DNA from: Octopus vulgaris
Lineage: Eukaryota
Direction of reading: 5' to 3'
DNA: 64,000 nt
NCBI GenBank assembly: GCA_951406725.2
Contig: OX597828.1
Coordinates: 76,198,001 to 76,262,000 of the forward strand
Below, piece by piece: positions 40,614 to 57,102 of this stretch (positions are counted from its first letter, which is position 1; each line of letters starts with the position of its first letter). The notes under the pieces are model-generated. The model worked only from the letters and a program-made list of their open reading frames with translations, was not told the origin of the DNA and did not search any database. A program made the position numbers and the translations under genes.

Positions 40614-40753
40614 CAATTTGAAAAATCCACCAGAATGGACGCAATTTGAAAACTCCACCAGAATGGACGCAATTTGAAAAATCCACCAGAATGGACGCAA
40701 TTTGAAAAATCCACCAGAATGGACGCAATTTGAAAAATCCACCAGAATGGACG
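40614..40753. repeat. 28-bp minisatellite x5 (CAATTTGAAAAATCCACCAGAATGGACG)
   Basis: Five near-perfect tandem units. Confidence 0.95.
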
Positions 40754-41616
40754 AAAGCGCTAATATATGACATATGATACATGATGTATAAAAACATGTA
40801 ATGTACAAATAGATATCTGTAAATATAAAACCATCCGAATTTCTGAGTACCTCCTTTCTTCTAATATAAAATACCTGTACCTCATCTCCAAACCTTCAAA
40901 TATATATAAGAGCAGAGATGGCATCTCTTACAATTAGTCTATTCTTTCCGTAATTAGTGCAGCCAGGCAACACGCTGATTTACTCTTTCTTGTTGTTGTA
41001 TTTATTTGTGTTGTTGTTGTGATTGTTATTTGGGTCGTTGTTGTCGTTGATGTTATTGTGTTATCGTTATTCAACACATATCTGCTGTTAATGGAAATAG
41101 TGATGGAATAGTATGTTGTTGTTGCTGCTGTTGTTGTTTTTGTGATGACAGTGTTGGTCTGATCTTGTAGTTGCTGGTGTTATTGTTGCAGAGTTGTCAT
41201 TGTGTCGTACTCGTGTTAATGGCCAGATTTGTTGTCTTTTAGCCTCAAATTAAACCTTTAAACATAAAATAGGTTCAAATTACCCCAGCCGTGAATATCG
41301 AATATTTAACAAAAATATACTTTATTATCTAACATGTCACTTCACCAGATACACTTGAACACTCTGATTTCATAAACGTTTGGCTGGTATTTCTAGCTAG
41401 TTAACTAGCTTACATTTAGTGGCACCATCAAGTCTCTACTAGCAGAAACAGGAATTCTGCTTAATTAATGCTCATTTTGTTAGTATGGCAGAACAGAATT
41501 AAGAACCGTCACGTGACAAAAGGTTACTGGTAAATAAAGGTTCAACGCAGTATATGCACTCGATAACCTGCAGAGCGATTTATCAACCGGTCCCTTTCCT
41601 ACAGCAGCCTTTCTTC

Positions 41617-41688
<72 letters not shown>

Positions 41689-41748
41689 TTTTATATGCAC
41701 ACATACACACGCACGCTCACACACAGCTACACACACAACATATATGTA

Positions 41749-41826
<78 letters not shown>

Positions 41827-42706
41827 TATATTGTACTCCACTTTCTCAACTTCTCTCGCTCTCTTTTTTCTTTCTCTTCCTCTACCCTCTCCTCGTATCC
41901 CTCCTGCCCAAACTATTTTCCTTAAGTATTTTCTCTTTTCAACCACTTACTATTCTCATTACCTCTCACTCGATCAACCCTTTACCGCCTCCAACTTTCT
42001 CTATATCTCTACCTTTCTTACCTCCCCGCACATTGCATCATTCTTATCTATAGCCTCACTCACTCCAGATGAATTTGTATCCGTTTTTTGTATCGCCATT
42101 CTCACAACTTCCTTTAATCAGATCCCCACCCCTTCAACAGTTGAAATACATGACAAAATTACTCCATTTATTTTCCTTGATTACTGGGTGTTTTGCAAAT
42201 ACGACAGCGCTCATATCAATTATCTACTGCCGGATTAAAAATGTGTTTTGGTGGAACCAAAATAGTTACAAATACCAATCCCAAACAGAGAAAAATGTGT
42301 TAATGATGATGATGATGATGCAGATAATGTTGATGAATGTCATCGACACCATCATCATCGATCATCATCATCATCATCATCATCATCGTCGTCGCCGTCA
42401 TCACCCTCGTCCTCCTCCTCCTCCTCCTCCTCCTCATCATCATCATCATCATCCCCGTGCCCATTAATTACTACAACACGTGATACACTATTTCTTATGT
42501 AATAGACAGATGCAGCCTGCGTCCACAGAACTTCGAGCAAAACAAACAAGCGCATGCGCACACATACACACACACTTATACTGAAGATACGTTCGTCCAC
42601 TTTCTGAGTTCAAGTCATGCCCGGTTTTCTTGAAAATATCCACCTTTCGTTGATCCTCAATGTGTATTGTACACACACACCCACGAGAGCACATAGATAT
42701 ATATAC

Positions 42707-42743
<37 letters not shown>

Positions 42744-43269
42744 GCTTAAAATAAGCAACAACAGAATATCAAGTTGTAATGCAGTACGACCGTTTCAAGC
42801 GATTCCATTTATTTGAACAATGCAATCATTACATTAATTTAAAGGCAGTGCTATCTTCAGCTGCACAAAATATAGAATTTTTTAACAGGTAATTTTTTCA
42901 GAGTAAGAAAATGCAAGAAATACACAAAAAAGAAGATATCGCAAAAACACACGCACACAAATAGCTCTGCACACACACGCAAATAGCTTTGCACACACGC
43001 ACACAATGACACACATAAACACACACATACACAAAAAAGAAAACCTCACGAAAACATATACACGCAGCTGGTGACTACACACATGCACACAGGTGGAGAC
43101 ACTCAAAAGAATACATCTAACACGAAGAAAAATCCTAACACTTTTTTCAAAAAGAGAAATTCTTCACAGCATACTCACCCATCAACTCACAGCTGGTCAT
43201 TTTTCAAAACATATTGAAAGGGCATTCAACACAATACACACACACACACACACACATACACACACACAA

Positions 43270-43300
<31 letters not shown>

Positions 43301-43608
43301 GGTACACAGTTGGACATAAAACTCACTCAATAAATACTTTTTAGCCACTCCCTTGACAGGAACACACACACATGTCTCATAGTCAATAGACATCCTTTCT
43401 CTCACTCTTCAACACTTTGAACTCAATAACAAATTACATTTAAAGAAGACTTCAACAAAAAATCTTCAGACATGTTCTTGACTATCAAGAAACTGTTTTT
43501 CCTGAAAATCTTTCAAATTTTTAAATAAATTTTTACTATTTGATAAGATGAAATACATCAAAACTGAAATATCTTAGACTTAAATCTGTGCTATTTCCAC
43601 CTCCATCC

Positions 43609-43719
<111 letters not shown>

Positions 43720-43747
43720 CGTAGATAGATAGATAGATAGATAGATG

Positions 43748-43821
<74 letters not shown>

Positions 43822-44379
43822 CGAATGTGGAAGCTTAAGTTTTCAGTTTAGTTTCTTGATTAGAAATATTACGACTAATCAGATGCTGTTTTAATCGTGG
43901 GTGGGTCAGTTTTCGAATAGAAAACACGTGCTCTGGTTATAATTTACCAGTTTGTTGCTTTACTTGTTATTAGTCAACTAATTAGCCAATTAAATAATCG
44001 ATTGCTTCATGAATTGTTCGATCAACCAATTAACTGACAATCAACACCATGTTATCTCTGACCCGAAAACGATGTTTAAATCAACTGACTGAACCATTTT
44101 AAGGAACTTGACATAGAGATCATATAAGACAGGATCTGCTAATATGGTAGCGATTCGGTGATCAAAATCTTCACTCAACTGATTAACAAATATCTGCGAC
44201 ATAACGAAACTCTTGAGGTTTGCCAAAATCTAACGGCGGAACTCATATACCGATATTAGCAACAACAGATCAATCAGATGGTTTCTTTTTTTTTCTTTTT
44301 TACGATTTTGCTCCGAACAAAGTTTGAGGGTGTAATAGTTTTAGGGACGGTAAAAAAGGGAAAGAAGAAGCCGGCAAAT

Positions 44380-44900
44380 TGAAAAGATGTCGATTGGCAG
44401 GAAGCTTAAATGACTGAATATCATAGATTAGAAGGAAAGAAGACGACGGTGGTACGTGCAACAGTTTAAAGAAAGAAAATATTAGAATAAAATGACTTAT
44501 GAGTTACAGGAAGCATAACCGAGAAACGGTGCTCCCAGGAAAAGAAGCGGGTGACACGTTTAAATGTCTGTACAGAGGGTACTAGATCAGAAAGTTCATC
44601 AAAAAAACAACCATTGAAATATTTATAGAACAGACACAACTAAGGTGCATATGGAAGCTTTGTCGCATATCATCCTGAAAAGAATATTATAAATCTCTAC
44701 ATGCCCAACATCACTAGAACAATCCCGCTTTTGAATAGGTTTCTCTACGAAGGATAATGTATTCAGAGTAAACCAGCTTCAGAGGGTTTATACAAGTACA
44801 AAATTCAACTGTGCTTTGATAATATCGATAATATCGATTCTGAGAATCAAAAGTATCGACCAGGCTTAAAGTAGCCGTGAGACGTCTGAAAGAGAATCGT
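44380..44900 (-). pseudogene. Degenerate 3' end of a CR1-group LINE ORF2
   Basis: Minus-strand translation LCLFYKYFNGCFFDELSDLVPSVQTFKRVTRF..HRFSV resembles CR1-group C-termini; many stops. Confidence 0.5.
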
Positions 44901-45152
44901 AAATGGTTCAGTTTAGAAAGTGGTGAAAGAAAAACGTACAAATATTGACAACAAGCAGTCGTTATCTAAATGAGGAGCTAACGTGAAGCCCCTTGAAGGG
45001 CATGCCATAATTTAGGGGAATTTGGGATACTGTTTGCAATAACTATCTAGGTCATTTGTTATCAACCTTCGTTATCAAATTTTTAAAACCTATAAACCCT
45101 TATTTACATTATTTACATTCAACGGATATTTGCCCTCATCTTGTTTGTTGTT

Positions 45153-45198
45153 AACACAACGTTTCGGCTGATATACCCTCCGGCCTTCATCGGGTGTC
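45153..45198 (-). ncRNA. Minimal type I hammerhead ribozyme motif (U4C variant)
   Basis: GACAC-CCGAUGA-A-GGCCG(GAGGGUAUAU)CAGCC-GAAACGUU-GUGUU. Confidence 0.65.
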
Positions 45199-45245
45199 TT
45201 AGGGAAATTTCGAACCTGGGTTCTCATTCCTAAGGTATTTTTCGA

Positions 45246-45294
<49 letters not shown>

Positions 45295-45367
45295 GTTGTT
45301 GTTGTTGTTGTTGTTGTTGTACTAACTCCAAGTTTCGAATTCGATTCCAAGCAGTGACCTGAACATA

Positions 45368-45447
<80 letters not shown>

Positions 45448-45514
45448 TGATAATAATAATAATAACATCGAAAAATACCTTAGGAATGAGAACCCAGGTT
45501 CGAAATTTCCCTAA

Positions 45515-45560
45515 GACACCTGATGAAGGCTGGAGGGTATATCAGCTGAAGCGTTGTGTC
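45515..45560 (+). ncRNA. Minimal type I hammerhead ribozyme motif (GAAG variant)
   Basis: GACAC-CUGAUGA-A-GGCUG(GAGGGUAUAU)CAGCU-GAAGCGUU-GUGUC. Confidence 0.65.
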
Positions 45561-46241
45561 AACAACAAACAAGATGAGGACAAATATCCGTCGAATCTAA
45601 ATAATGAAATTAATGTAAATAATGTACAGAATTCCTCATCTTTTAAATATAGAACTCTATAAAGCCTTCTAAATCATATTTTCCTCGGCTGGACTATCAT
45701 AACCATTCGTATTTAAAACATCCAATCGTATTTTTATAATTAAATATCATGATAAATTTTATTTTAAAAATTGTTAAAATATTATGTGTACTATTGTAAA
45801 AGTATAAGTTATTTATTTCACGTAATTTTAACAACAAAACATTATATGGTCCCCTAGGGGTCATGTAGACCCCGGGTTTATATGACGATTGAGGGTCATA
45901 TAATATTTAGCCAGTGATCTATATTAAACAGTGTATTGTTGTTTAGCTGCTCGTAATTCTTCACTGGAAGCCCTATGGTCATGGCTATTCCCATTGTGAC
46001 CATCCCGTTATTCTAGAACTATATAGAATGTTATTGTCTAACGTGAAACATCTTTATATATAATAGTAGAGTGGGATTTGAGAGAATGTGGTTGTTATTT
46101 CTAGCAGACCTAGCAACTATGAAGAGGCTCGCATACTGGATCGTAATGGTTAGTCTAAGATCATAATGGAGATCCAGAATGAAACGCCTTTAGACTCTGC
46201 GTGTGTATGTGTTTGCGTGTGTGTGTATATATATGTATGTA

Positions 46242-46278
<37 letters not shown>

Positions 46279-46984
46279 TTCATCACCTTATATGTCAATT
46301 TTTAAGTCTCTAAGCCGTAATTAGAGGGAGAATCCGGCTGGTGTTTCTAGAAGTTAATTGTGACTGTAATCCCCCTTTACAGTTAAACAGCCGATTATAG
46401 CCCCCACATCCTCGCCAACCCATTCCTTACACGTGGTGCTAATGTGTTTCCTAATGGAATTTCACGTGCAAAGCAAGGAATTAAGATTGCTAAAAGAAGA
46501 ATAAATACATATACAACATTCCATTGCTTCTGATTGGGAATTTTACATTTACAAAGAAAATCTGAAAGCGAAACAAAGCAAAGCATTATCTACTCAAAAA
46601 CTTCATTGTCAGAAACAACAGAATTGGAGGTACGACAGGAAAACCGGGTATTTGAGATAGCAACAATTAAGGTTGAACTTTAAGTTTTCAAATAAAACGA
46701 AAATCTTCATTTGTGCTTTTGAGGTTTTAGAAGAGGAAAAAGCGATAAATTAATCATGAGTTGAAGAAAGATTTTTCTTGTGAGAAACCAAATTACGCTT
46801 TTTTTTTTCGACGGTTTTAAACTTAGCGGTAAATCATTAAGTAATTGTATATTGTTCTGGGAAAGAAGACAGTATGGTCACGACTGGAACAAGTGCGATA
46901 AACAACAGTTACAACTACAATAACAAAATTAGCAATAATGAACAAGCCTGAAGATAAACCTTTAAATAACTAAAACCGTTTTTT

Positions 46985-47179
46985 TTTTACTTGTTTCAGT
47001 CATTTGACTGCGGCCATGCTGGAGCACCGCCTTTAGTCGAGTAAATCAACCCCGGGACTTATTCTTTGTAAGCCTAGTACTTATTCTATCGGTCTATTTT
47101 GCTGAACCGCTAAGTGACGGGGACATAAGCACACCAGCATCGGTTGTCAAGCAATGCTAGGGGGACAAACACAGACACA

Positions 47180-47227
<48 letters not shown>

Positions 47228-47351
47228 TATACAGTTTCCGTCTACCAAATCCACTCACAAGCCTTTGGTCGGCCCGAGGCTATAGTAGCTTGTTTACCCG
47301 GAAGCATGTGGTTGGTAAGCAAGCTACTTACCACACAGCCACTCCTGCGCC
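46985..47351 (-). mobile_element. SINE family B copy
   Basis: Reverse complement of head (GGCGCAGGAGTGGCTGTGTGGTAAG), internal (TG)n and tail. Confidence 0.85.
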
Positions 47352-47574
47352 TTACAATTATCTTTAAAAAAATTTAATGTATCATACAGATGTTAAATTT
47401 TCATGCTGAATCCGAGTTTATTTATTCCAGAAAAAAGTTTACAAAAATGTTTCAGGTGTTCAAAGTTCGATAGGTTTCAGAATTTCCAGGGCGTCCAGGC
47501 AACAGAGGGTTCGCTGCCTCTTCCGTCATCGGAGGGCACCCTCATATCAAAACATTAAACTAGCAACAGTAAAC

Positions 47575-47892
47575 TGAAAAACGTGAAAGCGTTCGCGAGC
47601 AAATTAAATATTTAAAACTTATGAACAAAGGAACAGGAGTTGCTAGAAATAACAGCCAAAACATTAAAATATGCACGAGCAAATTTAACATTAAAACATT
47701 CGCGAATAAATCAAATATTTAAAAGCTACGAACAAGTCAACAAGAGTTGCTAGAAATAACAATCAAAACATTAAGATATACACGAACAAAGTAATCAGTG
47801 AAAACAGTGAGAAACATTCGCGAACAAATTAATATATTTAAAAACTACGAGCAAACCAACAGAAGTTGCTAGAAATAACAGTCAAAACATTG
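47575..47892. repeat. Imperfect ~120-bp tandem repeat x3 next to the Merlin fragment
   Basis: TTCGCGA..AAAT..TATTTAAAA..GTTGCTAGAAATAACA..CAAAACATT recurs three times. Confidence 0.75.
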
Positions 47893-47923
47893 CTTAAGAC
47901 AGACATTTATTAGTTAAAGGAAT

Positions 47924-48115
47924 TCAAGACCAAAGGTTTGCAATACACTCTAGGATTTTGTAAAATAAATTACCTTTCTCATATCTTTTTCTCCACATAA
48001 ATTCACAAACATCAGAGTCAACCATGGAACGGCGTGTGCCACATCTGCATTTGTTTCCACGCTTTAAAGATGCCCAGGTACTCTCTATTTGTTGATTACA
48101 CGCTGTTTTGTGGGT
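47924..48115 (-). pseudogene. Merlin (IS1595/ISXO2-like) transposase C-terminal fragment
   Basis: NQQIESTWASLKR..CGTRR..DSDVCEFMWRKRY..FYKILECI fits the TQxIESxW..LK..G..EFxWR signature. Confidence 0.75.
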
Positions 48116-49755
48116 ACACTCCTTGTGCTCAAGCGCAGCATCTTTGATTACTATGGAAACAGAGTTCTTCGCCATGGTAATGTGTAAAATACTCGCTTCT
48201 GATTGGCTAAAATACCCAAATTTTGCAAATGTTAAAGGATCATAACTTTTTAATAATGGATTTATATAAAAATTAATTTCATTTTCATAATTAGTATACA
48301 AAACTTAATCCATATACCAAATTTAAAAACAACTGGAACAAAATTGTAAACAGTGTCGAAAACCAAATAGATCCACTGCGGCCATACTGTAGCAGTGCGT
48401 TAAATGTTATAGTCGAACAAATCTACCCCGATAGACTTTATTCGGCCCAAGGCTATAGTAGAAGACACTTGCCCAAAGTAGCGCAGATTGGGACTGAATG
48501 CGAGACCATGTGGATGTGAAGCAAACTTACTGGTTATACACTCCTTCCCTCGGCTGCCTCTTCTGAAAAATTAACTCTGAAGCCACTCCTAAGTTAACTA
48601 AACTAATTGACCAACGATGACGGAAATATCACTTGTAGCAAGTAAATATATCGACTAAACATAACTCTCGCCAGAAGTTGAAGTATCACTTGGGTTAACT
48701 ACAGAGAGACCAACCATGACAATAAATAAACCTCATCAAAATCAATAATGAATACTGAATATTCAGCATAAATGAAAGTAAATCGTAAATGGAAAACCAG
48801 AACACACAGCCTAAGTTAAACAACAATAGCGGCGATATCTGTTATTGACGACCAACACATCATCCCTTAGACACACAGACAGAGATATTAACACATTGTT
48901 TAATGTTGATAATGTGTACCATTTATCTGACAAGGCTGACCTCATTTAGAGATATATATTATGATAGATTTGACAAATACACTTGGATATGTAGTAATGT
49001 ATCAAAAATGATATATTTACTCATAGCACCGACCAAAATTTAAGTTACTAATAAAGGAAGTGCATTAGTAGCCATAGAAACCTTTTAGATAATTGCGACA
49101 CAAAATATGCTTTGGACGTTTAGCGACACATTGACCAGCTGTGGAATCGGAACAAACTTAGGACTAATTGTTCTGGAAATACTTTGACGTCTATTAAGAA
49201 GTAGCCATGGATACTTCTGAAATGTAGTTGAAATATGATATAGATGAAGAAAATTAGCACCAAGTCCTTTAGCTGAGAGAGAAGGCATCAAGGCAATCAC
49301 TATACCGTCTATAGAAATGCGGAATATATAAGCCAAATCATTGCCTTAATATATAATTTTAGATGTAGAGGTTTAAAAGAAAAAATATCTTTGATTATAA
49401 ATCTCCTCAATCAGCATTGGCCTGGGGTTAAATAGCAGCATTAGCAATAGTAATAATTCTCATATAAGATATCTAATATTACTATGGAAATATTTTCTGA
49501 GAAAAGGAATTGGTTGACTGATTGGTAATATTAGAGTAGAGAAGTGAAGTGGTTTAGTTTCTGGTGCGTGTTTAGTTGCTTTATTACTCGTAGTAGAAAC
49601 AGTCAGGGAAATATTTAATTGTTAACGAAATAATGATGCGTAAAGCAGCTCACTAGAACAGATGAGAATGTACAAGGGCAGATGACTGCGAAAGGTTCTA
49701 TAGAATCCTTGAAGCGAGATAAATTTAGTTTTATTTGCGGTTTAGTTCAGTAATA

Positions 49756-50014
49756 CAGGGTATTCAAAAAGTTACTCCGCAGTGAATTTTTTTCATCCTG
49801 ACTCCAAGAGACCGACTCTCCAAGATGTATTTCAAAACATGTGTAGAAGAGTCAAGTTACGTATTCAAAATGAAGGACGACACTTTCAACACCTCTTATA
49901 AAGTTTTTTAAAGCTTTGTAAAGTCTTAAATATTCTTTTGTAGTCTTATACCAACTAATAAATATATATTTTACAATAAAACACTTACTGCGGAGAGACT
50001 TTTTGAACACCCTG
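49756..50014 (+). mobile_element. Internally deleted Tc1/mariner element
   Basis: TIRs CAGGGTATTCAAAAAGTTACTCCGCAGT / ACTGCGGAGAGACTTTTTGAACACCCTG, TA on both sides, residual transposase end VFQNMCRRVKLRIQNEGRHFQHLL*. Confidence 0.88.
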
Positions 50015-51409
50015 TATATGAACAACAACATGAGATGTTAGAAGAATTGCGCAAGTTTATTGGTTATTTGATGTAAGGTTTTATCACGGACACATTCTGA
50101 CACAGGACAACAGATATTGAGCTTTGGTTCGCTTGGCAATAACAATCCGGATAATGGATGTCAGAAATGGATTAGTTCTGCTTAACGAAGAATTAGAGAT
50201 CAAATCTTCTATTATCGCTTCAAATCAATTAAAATACACCCGTCATATATCAGAATCGCCTTGTTCCCTGGTTGTGTTCATATTTATCTGTCACTCACTG
50301 AATCGGTTATATATAGTTGACAGATACGCATGAACGTAGTCAATCTTCGCGAACTATTTAAATTCTTAGAGAGCACAGCAATGAAACAGGTAGTCGGTGT
50401 TATGAATTTATGCCTTCGTAAATTATACAAATGAGAAAAATCCACTTAAAATATGCAATGTTAATCCCAAGGTACTCCATAGAACATTTAAACGGTTCAG
50501 TGACGCTTTGTCTCGTTAAGTGCTGTTAACGAAATATGCTTTTAGGATCACAATACAATGCCGCCAAGCCATTTCTTGCGATTAGTATAGAAATTAATCA
50601 GGAACAGACAAAAGATGAACCATGATATAAAAACAGTTTTACAAAGATAATGATACATAGTTTCAGAGGAATATATAACCTGGGACGTTACAATACCAGC
50701 TAGGGCTTATAAAGTATGATACAGGGAATGTAAATGTGCTTATTTAAGATATTTACTCCCTGAAGTTGCTCAATGACTAAACGTATAATCGGTGCTATAC
50801 TTTTATGCCTAAGTGACAAACATTTCTGCAAATTAATTCGAGATCGCAAGGGAACCGTTGAAAGCCCCGTAGCATTCTATGTGGTGTTATTTTCTATTAT
50901 TCCTTACATCTTAAAAACATCGGAAAATACATTAATCATTTTTGGAACACAAGGTCATGTGAGTATCTCCCCCTTACACAACAGCGAAGTCACATCTTAG
51001 AAATCGATCGATCTCGCCGAAACGGGTGAGCAAATTCTCCTTAAAATGATACTGAACTATGTTAAAAAGGAGGACACATTTGATTTTAGAAAGTTCTCCT
51101 CATTCCAGTATCATTTAAGAAAAACATTTGAGATGGTCACGGCCGGAGCATATTTGATCATAGGTATGCTGGGTCAAATCTAACTGTTCGCAGTTTTGCC
51201 AAAGACGACAGTCTATAGAATAAAATGGTAAACATTATTTGTGGCATTAATAAGGTAACCAGCAAGCAGAAGCGTTGGCACGTCAGACAAAATGCGGTCG
51301 ACTTTGCCTTACGTTCTTTCGGGATGGATTAAGTAAGTACCCATTGAACACAAAGATCACTGTAATTGACTAAACCTCTCCCTGCCCAATAATAATAATG
51401 ATGATGATG

Positions 51410-53577
<2,168 letters not shown>

Positions 53578-54779
53578 GTCACGCCTTCCGCCTATAAAAA
53601 AAAGGTGTGTTAATAGAAGTAGCCTCATCAAGGTTGGTCTTGAAGATTGTCGTGGCACGCTGAGTTTCATCCAAATAATTTTTTTAATATTTCCGTAACT
53701 TTAAAAGGAACTGTACAATAATCTGGTAATCAAGTACCTTGGGTGCTTGTAGACGATAATAATACGGAAATAGAGAGGTTTCTTCTTGTAAAGAATCAAT
53801 TAGTAAAACATATGAAGCAAAGTTCTTTAACTATGTATTGAAACCGTGGCTGTGTTTTAATTTCCTAAGAGATTTCTAAAACTAATTGTTGCGTGCTTTT
53901 CCTTCCCAACCCGAAAAGATAAATGTTTTACTCTTGTAAACATCTGCTTTCTAAGTAATGTCCTTTGACAGAGATCATAGCAATTTCCAAGTAGCAATAT
54001 TTACTAACAGATCATTCTATATGTGTTTGAAATTATTCTACGCCAAAATATACTTCATTTCACAAACCTCTAATAAAGATATCGTCGTATGTGCGAGACT
54101 AATACTGGCCACACACAAATCATCTTCTAAATGTAGATTTAACACGAGTGCAAAATACCCATAGGGAATTATTTCTCATGCAAATACAAGATGTAGGAAA
54201 TTTTTCAGTATTGTAGCACATGTTTCTCAACACCACATTGACGAAAATGAGATGCAAAAATAAAAAAGAAAGAAAAATGCAAATGATAAAGAGAATCAAA
54301 AAGAAAAATATCAAGCAAAAAAAAAAAACAGAAAAGAAATATACAAAAAAATGTAGAACATATTATTTTCTAATAATAAAGTGGTTTCGAAGAACCTCGA
54401 AAATTAAGAAACATTTCAACGGAATTCTTTAGAAAATTAAGTATCGTTATAAACGTGTTTACAAGAGTGGAATGTAGGCCAAGCTTAATAGAAACTATGT
54501 TTGAATATTCAGCCTATATGTTAGTTTAGATATCACTCTCTATGGTTTAATGGCGTCTCTCCATTAAACTGCAACATCTTTTAAAATGATTTTTCTGTAT
54601 TAGATACAATTCATACTGCAATTTTAAATTATATATCAATCAATTATTGGCCATATAAAATGTTTATACATATATACATACATGCATATATGTGTGTGTG
54701 TGTGTATGTGTATATATATATATATACATGCATAATTACATAATACATATATATGGATATATGTATATATGTATGTATG

Positions 54780-54893
<114 letters not shown>

Positions 54894-55049
54894 CACATAC
54901 ATAGTCGGTTGTCAGAAATATTCGTTCGCTTCTTCTTAATGTTATTTGAATTAACACGAAAAATATTTTTATCGCTGTGTTTTATGATAATTTGTATCTC
55001 AATTCTCTCTGTACAACATTTTTTTTAATTGTTTTTGTAGCTTGAATAA

Positions 55050-55828
55050 ATTTTATGTCTTTTCAGAGATATGACGATGGAATACCTAAGAGAAAAAGAA
55101 AAAAGAAGGTGGGTTTTCAATATATGCTTCCCTTTGCTTTCGAAGGATCCAGAACTGCCCAAACCATTCGAGACGTTTTCTGCTATGTACGGAAGATGTG
55201 CTACTTAAGAGAGATATGCAAAGTAACCGATTTCGAGCTTCAAGGAGGAGAGATTTCACCTCAAAATCTGTCCCCTTTGTGAACAATCTGTTGGCTTCCA
55301 CAGGGATCGATTAAACAAGCCCATCCACGAAGATCCATGCCCTGTAGAAGGGCTCTCATTCTCAGTAAAAGAGCTCTGCCGGCACCTTCACTCGGTCAAT
55401 TCAGCTGAAATGATAAACTCCCAGTGACTCGGAGAGCTTCAGCAAAATGACAACTCTCGCTTCGACGAGGCAAATCTGACCAAAGTCACCGTTCAAGAAA
55501 CTGGATTAGAAATCGTACCGCACGCATTGCATTCTCCTGATATAGCACCTTCAAACTATTACCGTTGTCGGCCGCTCTCCAACAGCCTGCGAGGCGATTC
55601 CTTCAATAACGACGTGGAACTGAAAATGTGGGTCGATGAATTCTTTGAAATAAAACCCGGGGATTTCTACACCGAAAGCAAGGACAAGCTCATGGAACGC
55701 TGGCAAGAAGTGAGGAACAACGAAGGACAACGTATGAATTATTGACTGATTTTCTAGCATTACTGATCAAAAATAAGGATGAAAATAATTAGAAAACAAA
55801 GAACGATTTTATTTGGCAAATTAATATA
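55050..55828 (+). pseudogene. Degenerate mariner transposase remnant
   Basis: HSPDIAPSNYYRCRPLSNSLRG..F..WVDEFF..FY..KLMERWQEV..NEG resembles the YSPDLAPSDY C-terminus; TIR-like TTATTTGGCAAATTAATA at the end; 5' limit approximate. Confidence 0.75.
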
Positions 55829-56489
55829 TATGACTTATTTACTTGAGTAAAAGTAATCCCATAATTCAATTTTACAGTACTTTTTATTACTACTATTTTT
55901 TCTGCTTGGACATGCATACATACATACATACATACACATACACATACATACATACACACATACATGCATACATACACATACACATACATACATACATACA
56001 TACACACACACATACATACATACATACATAAGTACATCCATCTATACATACATACATACATTTTTTGTGTTTGTGTGTGGCTGCGTCTGTGTATGCAGAG
56101 AATGGGCTTTGTGGGTTGTACTAGAAATTTGAATCTGTACTGGAGGGTGTGTAGAGTTCTGGACCCTTGTATGGACATTGTTCATATATTTATGTACCCT
56201 AACAGAGACGCAAATATGTATTATTGTTACTGTGTTTAGATCTATGAAATCCCTCTTTATTTCTATTTGGTAAATGATAAGATCCTTAATCCCTTCATAA
56301 TTTCTTTCAGAAATACACCCAACGTGTTTTAAACTGTATTTTAAACATCTTTAACTATAAAAGCTCACATTAAAATCACTGTATTGAAAATCAGAACCTA
56401 ATTCCTCGATATACAGAACCGTGAGTGATTCAAACGAGAAACCGCTATAGACCAGACAACGTTAACGTTCTGTTATGATTAGTGAAAGG

Positions 56490-57071
56490 CCATGATTTTA
56501 CTATAACCTTATGTTATTATATTGGATTCGATTATGCCATGTCCTTTACAAAGCAATTAATTGAACAAAATGGATTCTATCTGTCAGTGAGTGTCAGTGT
56601 CAGAGTTGTACTTCAGATCTCCCCATATCACACTGACATTTACAAATCAATTATTTCATAGTTATATACGCTCATTATTATCAAAATGAGCGTCTCAAAG
56701 GCGTCTGTCATGTTTGCCCTCCATCTTTGATTTTACTGTATTTAGTTTACAATTTTCGTTAACATGATTAACACACACACACACACGCGTACACAAACGA
56801 ACACTCACATGCATAAACACACTCACACACGAGATAACATATGCACGCACGTATATATTAGTGTATGTATATATTGACCCGGTTTATGTATACATCAAAC
56901 AGCATTTACAAATAAATATTGATAATTATATTCCTGTTCAAATATAAAGGCATATATATTGCTATATACAAACACATACATACGGACATATATATATATA
57001 TACACATACGTACATATAATTAAACACTTACATATAATATGAATATATACGTAATAACTCACGCAATTTAC

Positions 57072-57102
<31 letters not shown>

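Larger units (their letters stand above)
45100..45657. mobile_element. Inverted-arm non-autonomous element with hammerhead motifs and a tRNA/B-box-like spacer
   Basis: 45100-45250 is the reverse complement of 45464-45615; (TAT)n and (AAT)n extend the arms; spacer 45321-45366 contains TTCGATTCC. Confidence 0.8.

Noticed and set aside
40614-40753. CRISPR-like 28-bp repeats
   Set aside because: No spacers, no cas genes, eukaryotic context
48740-49400. Possible ancient CR1-type RT on the minus strand
   Set aside because: Only faint motif echoes; not supportable without an HMM search
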